Shown here in pieces: positions 26,421 to 37,602 of a DNA stretch of 64,000 bases (positions within the stretch are counted from its first letter, which is position 1; every line of letters starts with the position of its first letter). The stretch is from contig JAAOMT010000571.1 in assembly GCA_016748015.1 (NCBI GenBank), positions 346,582 through 410,581 of the forward strand, read 5' to 3'. The notes below the pieces were generated by a model. It was not told the DNA's origin. It worked only from the letters and a program-made list of their open reading frames with translations, and did no database searches. A program made the position numbers and the translations under genes. This DNA is from Geosiphon pyriformis uo1. Taxonomy: Eukaryota; Fungi; Glomeromycota.

Positions 26421-29400
26421 CAAAAGTTTTAATTTAAATAATCTAAACAACTTTTTTGAGTTAATATTATTATAAATATAAAATCCTATTTTTTTAAACA
26501 TAATATTTGTTAAATTACACATAAAATTACATAATATAAGTTATATTAATTTAAAATTTTTAGTTTATGTAAATTTTTTTAAAAAATTAAACAAATTATC
26601 AGTTTTTAACAAAGTAATTTTTTTAAAACATAATTATTTTTTATTATCTGTATTTTTAATATTATATTTTATTTATTTTTATTAATTTGTTTTTATAGAA
26701 AAGTTAATTAAATAATTTATTTATAGTTAAAATATCATAAATAGCTATAATATTTATAAATAAAACAAAAAAAAATATAATTAATTGTTTTTTTTACTTT
26801 TTTTAAATTGTTTTATGTAATTATTTTTGTAAAAAAAATTTTAACAATAAATTAACCAATCTAAAATCCAAGCATTTTTTAAATTTAGTACTTTTTTTGA
26901 CTATTTTTATTGAAATTACCACTTAAAATAACAAATAAACTATTATTTACTACTTTAATTATAAAAAATTAATTAAATAAATTTAATTTAAGCATATTAT
27001 TAGTTTAATATTTATATATAAACTAAGAATTAAAAAATTGTTTTTAAACATTAATTTAATAAACAAAAAATATTTAACAATTTTAATAACTTTGTAAATA
27101 TGTTATATTAAATTAATTTTTATAATAATTTTTATTTTAAATTTTATATAAATAAATTTTAAACTAAAAGTAAAATACATGTTTTTTTTATATTTATTTT
27201 TAATTTATTAAATTTTTTAATTTTGTTTTAATAACTACAAAAATCAGATTGTTTTATTTTTTAAGCTATTTAACAATATTTATTTGTTTTATAAAATTAT
27301 TTATTTTTTTAATATTATATGTTACTATTTTTTAAATAAAACTATTTATTAAAAAAAAAAAAAAACAAATTAACATTAATATACAAATAATTTAATTTAA
27401 ATAAAACCAATTTTATAAAACTTTTAAATATTAATATATTGGTTTTTAAATTACCAATTATGATAATAAAAATTTTTAAACTATTAATATTTAAAAATAA
27501 AAAATTATTGAAGATATTATATATAAAAAAATAATGTATTTTGGTTATATATAACTATATTCAAATTATTAATTACTATAAAAATTTTAAAAACAATAAA
27601 AAACAATAAAAAAAAAAGAAACAAACAATAACAAATTTAAATTATGTAAAACTTTAAAAACTTAATCTAATAAAAGTTCTAATAAATATTTAAAAATACT
27701 TAAACAAATTAAACAGAAAAATAATAATTTTTTATTATTTATATTATAATTATAAATACTAAAAAAAATCAATAATTTATTAATATTAAATCTTTTTATC
27801 TTAAGAGAATTTATTTTAAAGTTAAGATAAATATAACTTTTATTATTTTGTTTTATAATTATTATTAGCCAAAAAAACATTATTTATCTTCTTATTAAAG
27901 TTTGTTTTTATGTTTAAAAAGTTGTTAACAATAATTAAAGATTTGTTTAAAAATATATTTTTTTATTTTTCTAAATATTTAATATTTTTAATTAATTTTT
28001 TTTGTTTTTAACTAATAAAACCATAAATAGACTCTTTTATCATTTTTTTTATTATACAACTACTAAAAGTAATTGTTAGATTTGTCATAAAGAGGTTTGT
28101 GTTATTAAAAATATTAAAAATATTAAAAAATAATAATAATAAAAAACAAAACTTTTTTATTAAAATAATATTCTTTTAAAAATTTAAAAAGTACAAAAAT
28201 TTTTTTTTTTATAATAATAGCAATTAAGTTTTATTAAGTAATAAAAAAATTAAAACATTAAAATTAATATTTTTAATTTGTATTTTTAATTCGTAAATTA
28301 AAATTTTATAATTAAGTATTTTAATATTTTACATAATTATATATATTTTAAAAAATATAATTACTTAAATATTTTTTTAATAATAATAATATAATTTATT
28401 TTTAATAATTTTTATTGTTTTTTATTTATTATTTTAAAAAATTTATATTTTATTCAATAATAAAATAATATATATATATATTAAATTAATTTATTAATTA
28501 TAATAAACTTTTTTTTTTGAAATTTTTATTTATGATTATAAATAATTTTAAAATTTTAAAATTTATTTTATTAAACTTTGTTATTATTATATATTTTTTA
28601 GTTGGTTTTAAATTGGATTTTTTGAAATTTAAGTTTGTTATATTGGTTTTATTAATTGGATTTGTTATTAAATTTATTAATACTTTAATTGTTTTGATTT
28701 TAAGTTGTTTAAAGCTTTTTTTATTTTATATATTAAATTAAAAAATAATTGTGTAATAATTAAAAAATTAGTTAAAACTTTTTAAAATAAGATAAGTAAA
28801 TTATATAAGAAATATAATATAATAAATACTAAAATTAGTATTAAATCTAATAAAAATATAAATTTTTTTAATATTATTATTAATAAAAAAGTTTTTACTT
28901 AAATAATAATATTTTAAAAAATCTAAGTTTTTGAAATTAAGTATAATATAAATAATACTGTCAAGTAAATAAATAGTATAATTAATAATAATTATATTTT
29001 AAATGTTTTTTTATATATAATATATTTTTTAAAATAGGGTTTTCTTTTTAGATTTAATATAATTTAATCTTAATTAAATTAAATAATTAGTTACATATAA
29101 AAAAATAGAAGTTATAATTATTTATAAAATTTAATAATTTTATATTATAATTATTATACTTTATTAAAAAAATAAAAAAAAATTCTTTATTTTTTAAAGT
29201 AATATTATAATTTTTATTAAAAATACTAAATTATTAAAATTTGTAAAATTTAATTATATAAATTATACTTTTTTGTATTTTTAATAATTAAAATTTTTTA
29301 TATTTAATATAAGTAAAACTTAAATATTTAATATTACATAATTTTTTTTATGCAGTTATAAATAATTTACAATATAATAATTTTAACATATAAATATATA

Positions 29401-29890
29401 AATTTATTTATTTTTGTGTTAATAATATCTGATTTTATATAATAGTATTTAAGAAGTTTTTATTTATATATTTAGATATATTTTTTATTAAACATAATTA
29501 ATAATATTATAAATATTTTAAACAAAATATTAAATATTGTTAAAAATATTTTATTATAATTTTTAAATGTTTTATCTAATAGTATGGCTATTTGCATTTT
29601 TTTTGTCAAAAATATATTTATTTAAAATTTTTTTGCAAAAATACTATTAAAATTCGAAATAATATTACAAAAAATATATTTTACAATAGTTATACTTAAA
29701 ATAAATACAATTTTTTTTTGTTTAAATTATAATTAATAAAAAAATTTGGTTTTTTAGCAGTATTACAAAACATTAAAAAAATCAATTTTAGTAATAATAG
29801 ATAAAAGCCTTGATTAAACTTCTGTTTTAATTGTTAACTTTAAAAGCATAAACTGATTAATTTTCAATATTAATTTATAGACAAAAATTT
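26421..29890. other. AT desert of unrecognisably mutated repeat relics
   Basis: G and C are very rare, CpG is essentially absent and there are no credible ORFs. Confidence 0.6.
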
Positions 29891-30161
29891 TTAACATAAT
29901 CGACACCTTAAAAATTCAAGCAGAAAAAATGTTGTGCACCGTTGCTTTGCAACCCCCAAGAAAGGTGGCGTCAAGGGAGCGAACGACGTTGCTCGAAGAA
30001 ATTTCCACTGACCATCAACAGCCGGCGCGTCCTTCAAAAAGCTCATCAGCAATTAACGCGTGTCCTGTCTCTTTTTACCATGAACTCGCTAAACTCAACG
30101 TTTTTAACGTGTCTATCAGTCCTATAATTCATTCTCAAGATTACAAGTCTCTCCACAAATA

Positions 30162-30213
30162 ATCCTTCCGTAGGTTCACCTACGGATACCTTTACTTCCT
30201 CTAAATGACCAAG
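30162..30213 (-). pseudogene. Isolated ~52-nt fragment of the 18S rRNA 3' end (ITS1F site plus terminal hairpin)
   Basis: The minus strand reads CTTGGTCATTTAGAGGAAGTAA-AGGTATCCGTAGGTGAACCTACGGAAGGAT. This is the fungal SSU end with the ~11-nt AAGTCGTAACA segment deleted. No flanking 18S or 5.8S sequence is recognisable. Confidence 0.85.
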
Positions 30214-32339
30214 TGTCAGAAGGTAGGGCCATTCGATATACAGTTTCTCGTTTAAGGGTTTAAGTGTGCATGTCTTGTCTTTTTTATAGGGTTTCGACAT
30301 TTTGCCAGTTGATACTATGAATATTATTTATATAATAGTACGTCTTATGAAACTTTTTGACTCAAACCCAGATCTTTACTGCTGATCGGCGCCAAGCCAC
30401 TGACGTGACATCTTCACTGTCCATATCTAAATATAATATTGTTTTTAGATTTAGAGCAAATGGCTTAATTAAGCTAAAATATTTTTCGTTTGCTGTTCCT
30501 TTTTTTGACTGTGATAACCAATGTTTAGCGTGACATGTGCTGATTTGCCCGTAAATCACGCCATTCACTGGAAATAAAAGTGATCGGTGGATCAATAAAT
30601 AAAAAATTGAACAGCGAGAACTAACACAAGTTTTGATCCTTTGGGGGATGAAAGTTTATTTTATAAATTGGCTTATTTCTGAATATCCAAAAACTTTTAC
30701 TATGAAGAATAGCTCTTTCTGATTTTTTTCAATAATGATCTGATAGTTTGATCAGAAGCGAGAAATTCTGTTTTACTTTTAAATATTTAAATATTATTTG
30801 GATTTAATTTTGTGGTTCAAGATTAATTTTAGGATCTTAATAATATTCTTTACAATTTGGAGAAGTTAAGTGTTAAGAAAATAAGATTTTTTTGATTAAA
30901 CTTTATTCGGGAATTAGGGGTTGAATCGATTTTTTTAATAATTGTTATCATTTGACTTGTGGGAAGAATATTCTAGTGAATTTCTGAATTGTTCCTGATT
31001 GAATAAATTCTTTATTTTGTGATTTCCAAAATGTAGTATCACTCAGTTAGATAAATTTATGAAAACAAAGATATTGTTATTCAGATATCAGTTGATGCAG
31101 GGGCTTTGGGCTTAGACATTATTTTTATCCCAATCTATACTGTATATATGGTTGTGCAAGAATTAAAGTTGGACAATTCTATTGCTATTGTGTCGTGATT
31201 CTTCATCATATATAAGGAGAGTAAAAGGTAAAAGTTAACGTTAATTCTAGCAAAGCCATTTCCTAAATTAGAAACTAATTAAAAGTTGTAAATGAAAATT
31301 TTTTAAAAAAAGTCGATTTCATAACAACGTGCTTTGTCCAGTTCTTAAGGAAAAAAACCTGTACAAAATTAGTCCCCAGTCATTAATTGCATCAAAACTA
31401 TGGCCAAAATTGGTAAAGGCTGTATACTGCATGATCTGTTATGGAAGAAGTCAATCGAAAAATTTAAATTAATAAACATCCCTAACAATCAAAATCTCAT
31501 TTTTTAAATAAAGCCCATGTAACTTTACTCGACTAGGAGTACCTGCATTTAAATGCAGAAACTCTTCCCCTGTTTTTTTTTTACTGCATATTTCCTTGAA
31601 ATCCAGAAGTGTTGGTTTCAAAGCCACATCTTTTTATCCTCTTTCATCTTTTTGGGTTTTTATGAGCAACGGCGAGTACAATTAGCTTGTGAACTATGAG
31701 AAGTTTTGTGGACTTCAGCATGTTGGAAATTTCTTTTTTTCAGGCTGAGCTTTGACGCACGAAAAATTTACTTAAAATGGTAATCAGGCATTCAATAATT
31801 TGAAATTGCCAATTAGAAAGATTGAAATTTCATCAGTCGGTGTTACGATAAATTAATGATGGATTATAAGAATTTTCATTGTGTTAATTGATAACATAGG
31901 GCAAAACCATCTCTTAAAATAGATGGACTATGTCATTAAAAATATCATTCTTCTTTGAAATCATCTATGAACCAAACTGATGGTACAGCAAAAAAAATCA
32001 GGGGTTTTTTAGTTGGAAATTTCAAAGATCAATGGTTAGAAAAAGCCTCATAATATCTTTTTTTGCTTATTTAGGCAAACCTTAAGGCGCTTGTTGCATA
32101 AGACCTTGTTCCACTGTTGTTTTAATTATAATATTCTTGTTTCCAGTTTGGAGATTTGTAAAATATCCTAAAGTTGAGTGAATCAAATGCATTAAAAACA
32201 GGTTCCCAAAATTGTGTGAAACAGTTTGATTTCTAAAAACCAAATTTAGAATCGATTTTTAATAACCATTTTAATTGTGATCTAATAAATTCACCAGTCC
32301 CTCACAAATTTGGGAAGAGGGCGGTGCAGATAAAAGGAT

Positions 32340-32347
32340 TATAAAAA
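32340..32347 (+). promoter_or_regulatory. Candidate TATA box of GN-repeat gene 1
   Basis: TATAAAAA lies ~150 bp upstream of the ATG at 32490. Confidence 0.4.
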
Positions 32348-32489
32348 GGGGAGGTTGGTCAACTCATTAATGTTTTTCTCACCCATCGAATTACCACTTT
32401 TCGTTTTATAAAATTAAAAAAGTTGCTTTCTGTTCTTCAAGCGACCTCCAGACGTAAAAATCAAAATTTTTTTTAATAACCAATAAAAA

Positions 32490-33892
32490 ATGGCAAAAAT
32501 TATCTACCTTTCCTCGGTTACTTGTGCCGCTCTTCTTACATTTGCCTTGGTCAATGCCGGTGATTTCAATGGCAACGCCAACGGAAATGGTAACGTTGGT
32601 AGCTTAAATGGCAATGATAACGGTAATAACAACAAAGGCAGCTTTAACGGAAATAACAACGGAAACCTCAATTTTGGCTCTGCTAATGGTAACGCTAACG
32701 GTAACAACAACAAGGGTGACTTTAACGGAAATAGCAACGGAAACTTGAACTGGGGATCATTCAATGGTAATGCTAATGGTAACAACAACAAGGGATCATA
32801 TAACGGCAATAATGATGGTAACTGGAACTGGGGTTCATTCAATGGTAACGCCAATGGTAACAAAAATGTAGGATCATACAATGGTAATAATGATGGTAAC
32901 TGGAACTGGGGTTGGTTCAATGGAAACACCAATGGAAACTACAATTTAGGATCAACTAACGGTAACAACGTTGGAAACAAAAATCATNNNNNNNNNNNNN
33001 NNNNNNNNNNNNNNNNNNNNNNNNNNNNNNNNNNNNNNNNNNNNNNNNNNNNNNNNNNNNNNNNNNNNNNNNNNNNNNNNNNNNNNNNNNNNNNNNNNNN
33101 NNNNNNNNNNNNNNNNNNNNNNNNNNNNNNNNNNNNNNNNNNNNNNNNNNNNNNNNNNNNNNNNNNNNNNNNNNNNNNNNNNNNNNNNNNNNNNNNNNNN
33201 NNNNNNNNNNNNNNNNNNNNNNNNNNNNNNNNNNNNNNNNNNNNNNNNNNNNNNNNNNNNNNNNNNNNNNNNNNNNNNNNNNNNNNNNNNNNNNNNNNNN
33301 NNNNNNNNNNNNNNNNNNNNNNNNNNNNNNNNNNNNNNNNNNNNNNNNNNNNNNNNNNGATGGTAACTGGAACTGGGGTTGGTTCAATGGAAACACCAAT
33401 GGAAACTACAATTTAGGATCAACTAACGGTAACAACGTTGGAAACAAAAATCATAAACGAGGTGACTTCAATGGCAACGCCAACGGAAATGGTAACGTTG
33501 GTAGCTTAAATGGCAATGATAACGGTAATAACAACAAAGGGAGCTTTAACGGAAATAACAACGGAAACCTCAATTTTGGCTCTGCTAATGGTAACGCTAA
33601 CGGTAACAACAACAAGGGTGACTTTAACGGAAATAGCAACGGAAACTTAAACTGGGGATCATTCAATGGTAATGCTAATGGTAACAACAACAAGGGATCA
33701 TATAACGGCAATAATGATGGTAACTGGAACTGGGGTTCATTCAATGGTAACGCCAATGGTAACAAAAATGTAGGATCATACAATGGTAATAATGATGGTA
33801 ACTGGAACTGGGGTTGGTTCAATGGAAACACCAATGGAAACTACAATTTAGGATCAACTAACGGTAACAACGTTGGAAACAAAAATCATTAA
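32490..33892 (+). CDS. Secreted Gly/Asn-repeat polyprotein (KEP-type precursor): signal peptide plus at least two 143-aa modules separated by KR; spans an assembly gap
   Basis: Signal-like sequence MAKIIYLSSVTCAALLTFALVNA. Module 1 (32559-32987) is 11 copies of the 13-aa repeat GxxNGNxNGNxNx. After the gap, ...KNH-KR (33455-33460) precedes an identical module at 33461-33889 and a TAA stop at 33890-33892. Confidence 0.9.
32988..33358. other. Assembly gap (N run) inside the tandem coding repeat
   Basis: 371 Ns. The ~95 nt after the gap are identical to the end of module 1. Confidence 0.99.
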
Positions 33893-35089
33893 GATCATTA
33901 TCAAAGACATTGCAAATGAGGCATTTTCAACACCATCTAATTTAGATAATGTTTACAAGTCCTGTACTTTGCTAGACTTCAAGTAACTTTGTTGTAGTTT
34001 TATTTAGTCATAATGTTAAAATTTTCACGTCTTTCTATGTAATTATAATTTTGGATGTGAATTTAGACCTAATTTTACTGATTATCCACGATCGAAATAC
34101 ATAACTAGTAAATTTCTTTCAAGAAATAAAATCAAAATTTTAAATACAGTAATTGGTTATGAATTTGTTTAAAGTGACTTAAACAGGTTTCGTTGGTGAA
34201 ACTGAAATAAGCAAAAGTATTAAAAAAAGCAAATGATCGAAATTTCTACGCATAAGATCTTTCAACACTCTTAATTCGTCAAAATATTTTGATATTGGCA
34301 AAATGGGAAATGATAAACTTGAAAACCTATTTAAGGTTTGGTCACTGCTATGGATACAGAGGTAGCTCAGAGCCAAATTTTATTATGCACACATTCGGGC
34401 TTGAAAGTAGTCACGAAATATGGGTACACAGTTTCATGAGGTGAAACTTGAATGGTACCACTTCAGATTTCCTATCTTGAACCCACACAAAGGTAAACTC
34501 TAATCGTAATTTTAATATGATGTTTTGTGAAAATCTTTTACTGAAATGCAACAGTGAAATCAAAAAGAGAGATAAACTTAAAACATATCTAGTTTATTAA
34601 TCAGTAATCACAAATTTGATATTTATCCATCTCACATACAATCAGCACAATTACCATCTAGTATTAGAAAGGCTTTCGTGTAGCAATTTGGTTCAATTAT
34701 AGGACTATCTCAACAGGAAATACAATGGGCGTAAGTATGATAATTTGGTCAAAACTTCTTTCAAGTATTCAGGATGACGCCTTTGCTGAAATAGAATTTT
34801 ATAAAGTCTTTTAATTGGAAAATTATTTTAAACCTTTAAAACCAATTTGAGTATCACTCATTTCCAACAATAATTGATAAGAATTTTTTGTTTTTGACTA
34901 TTCGATTTTAATAATATTGATTATTTCGAAAAATATTTTTCATCCCATATCGCATTATCACATTTTTATAACTTATAATTATGCTAATGATTTTAATAAA
35001 AATGTACTTTGACTAAAGTTGCCATAATTTTTTCCCTGAGATTCAAACCTATTACATTTACAAACATATGAATAACCAGAGGTGGGAGA

Positions 35090-35660
35090 TTACCTCGTTC
35101 TTGCTTTAACTGATAATGTAAATTAAATAATGATGATATTTTAATAAAACAAAATAAAGGTTATAAAAAAATTTCTGTTTGAAAGTTTTTTACCTTAGAA
35201 TTTAAATTAAAGATTTTAAATTAATCTAGTCAAAAAGACTTAATATTAAAATATATTTTAAATTGTGTAATATGAAAGCTATATAATAACAAAGTTATAT
35301 AGTTTAATATATACAATTTATTAATGTTAATTTTTAACGATAACAATCAATTACAAATCTAATTATAATAATCGTTTACAATATGGAATTTTTAGTAAGA
35401 CAATAATTCAAAACACATCTTAAAATGATCTCAAAGCCTGTTTTCCAAAAATGCAGTTTTTTTGGACATGATATAGTCTTAATCTTAATCTAATTGTAAA
35501 TATTTTAACCAAAATTACATTAAAAAAATAAGATGACAAAAACAAAGTGTCAAACAAAAGAGTTTTGTTATGTTGTTAAAAAAGAGTGAAAGAATCTTTT
35601 AAAGAATGAAGTTTTTAACTACATTAATAGTATACAAAATCGTCTTAACTAGACATATGT
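35090..35660 (+). mobile_element. Heavily mutated Tc1/mariner transposase relic
   Basis: TAG TAA GAC AAT AAT TCA AAA CAC (**DNNSKH, from QQDNDPKH) at ~35393 and SLNLNLIVNI (from SPDLNPIEN) at ~35476. Confidence 0.55.
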
Positions 35661-37065
35661 TTTTTAACTTAAAAACAATACAAAAAATAATTTTTATTAT
35701 TATTATTGTTATTGAATAATTAAATAAATTTGATTATTATTGTTTTACAAAGAAAAAATTAAAATATATATTATAAAAAACAAAATTTTATTGTTTTATA
35801 TTCACAAATTGCTTTTTGTTTGTTATTACTTTTTTTTTTTTTTACAAAGATATTACAAAGAAATAAAACAGCTTCAGAAAATATTTAAAAGTACAAATGT
35901 CATTTTTATGTTTATAACAATCAAGAAACTTAAAATTAAAAATTTTTGAAAATATATCAGTTTTTTTCTAACGGCTTGAGAATTAAAAACTGTAATAAAA
36001 TTTATTTAGTAAATTTTATAAAAAACTACCATTTTTAATTAAAACTTTATTATCATTACAAAATAAATGGATTTGAATATTTTCTTAAAATAATTTGTTT
36101 TATTAATATATATTATTTTTTTATGAATTTTATTTTTCACAATATGTTGTAAATTAAAAAACTATTTTATTAAACATAAAAAAAATAATTTTTTATTGCA
36201 TTGTAGACTAAAAATTGTATTTGAATAGTTTGAAATAAATATAATGCTTAATTATTATATAGTGGTAATTTAGAATTATACAAACCCAATTAGTTACGAT
36301 TTATGTGATAGTTTATCATATTCACCATTTCATTTTTACTATGCATAAATACTAATAAATTTTACAAATTAAATGTTTATATGATTAAAAAATTTGCAAA
36401 TTTATAATATTTAAAATTTGTCTATAATATATTAAAACAATAAAAAACTTAAATGCTTATATTTTTTAAAAAAATTATTTTGGATTTTAATTGGCATATT
36501 TTTAATAATAATTTAGCTCACAGTATATTATAAAAGATATATTTTAATATTTTGTATTTCAAATACTACAAAAATTCAGACAATATTGAAATAATTACAT
36601 CTTTTAATAAACATTATCAATGTTTTCATCTTGAGAAAAATATTTCTTATTTGTTGGTCTATTTTCAGTTTATTTACATACAAAGCAAAAAGTAACAAAA
36701 GGTTTTAATACAATTAATGTCTTGTTTTGCATGAAAAAATTAAATTCGAAGTAAAATACTGGAAATTAAAATCATTAAATTTTATCTGTTATGAATGGGG
36801 TAAATGTTTGAAAATGTTTTTGAGACAAATTATTAGATGGCAAAGGTTATCAAATTTGAGCTTAGTGAATATTTCCTCAGTTGTATTCCGAAGTGTGTCT
36901 TGACAAATTTTCAAATCCTCAAATTTGGAAATAGATTTCCAAAGCAAAAATTCAGTTTCTGTATTTATTGCTCGAGGGAATTTAGGATCAAATAAAAGAT
37001 TGTACATGTCGAAATAATTATAACACTTAAGATCATTGTGATTATACATATTGAACTATAAAAAA

Positions 37066-37602
37066 TTAGACATATTTTAATACCGATCCATTAACATGAG
37101 TTTTTTCTCTCACAGGATAGCGTTTTTTAAGCTCATATCTCTTAGATACATCTCTCTTCAAGTCGTCGTTGCTATTCCTATTACCGTTAGACCAACCGCT
37201 ATTGAAGTTACCATTGTTGTTCCCATTCAAGCTACCGTGATTATTGTTGCCATCATTATTTTCATTATTGCTGCCAAATTTATCATTTCCATTACCACCT
37301 CCGCGTTTGCTGAGCCGAGTTTGCCTCAAAATTGGCTCTCTCTTATATAAGTATCTCTTCCAGTCGTCGTTGCCGTTCCTATTACCGTGAGACCAACCGA
37401 TATTGAAGTTACCATTGTTGTTCCCATTCAAGCTACCGTGATTATTGTTGCCATTATTATTTCCATTATTGATGCCAAGATTATCATTTCCATTATTATT
37501 TCCATTACTACTTCCGCGTTTTTCATTCGCTGAGACCGTTCCAGTAAAGGTGAGGAGAGCAACATAAAATAAGGCAGATATTACAAAAGTTTTCTTTGCC
37601 AT
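37066..37602 (-). CDS. Secreted Gly/Asn-repeat KEP-type precursor, gene 2 (178 aa): two GN modules and short KR-flanked spacers
   Basis: Signal-like MAKKTFVISALFYVALLTFTGTVSA, then NEKR | four 13-aa repeats | KR YLY KR EPILRQTRLS KR | a second degenerate module | KR DVS KR YELK KR. TATATAAA lies ~75 bp upstream. Confidence 0.9.
   Translation of the reverse strand: MAKKTFVISALFYVALLTFTGTVSANEKRGSSNGNNNGNDNLGINNGNNNGNNNHGSLNGNNNGNFNIGWSHGNRNGNDDWKRYLYKREPILRQTRLSKRGGGNGNDKFGSNNENNDGNNNHGSLNGNNNGNFNSGWSNGNRNSNDDLKRDVSKRYELKKRYPVREKTHVNGSVLKYV

Noticed and set aside
27662-28741. Ile/Lys/Phe-rich ORFs in the AT desert
   Set aside because: They are chance frames in extremely AT-rich DNA.
30162-30213. 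Functional rRNA gene
   Set aside because: The match is only ~52 nt with an internal deletion, and the rest of the rDNA unit is absent.
32956-33416. ORFs reading through X residues, including the 308-aa end MVTGTGVG
   Set aside because: They are artefacts of the N gap, which shifts the frame.
32504-33834. Antisense Leu/Pro-rich ORFs (MVFPLNQPQFQLP...)
   Set aside because: They are shadows of the Gly/Asn codons on the opposite strand. The sense frame has the signal peptide and KR sites.
36789-37049. 86-aa ORF downstream of gene 2 as a tailoring enzyme
   Set aside because: It has no recognisable motif, lies in the 3' flank, and the homologous flank of gene 3 shows no matching ORF. No RiPP-modifying enzyme (for example DUF3328) is visible in the window.
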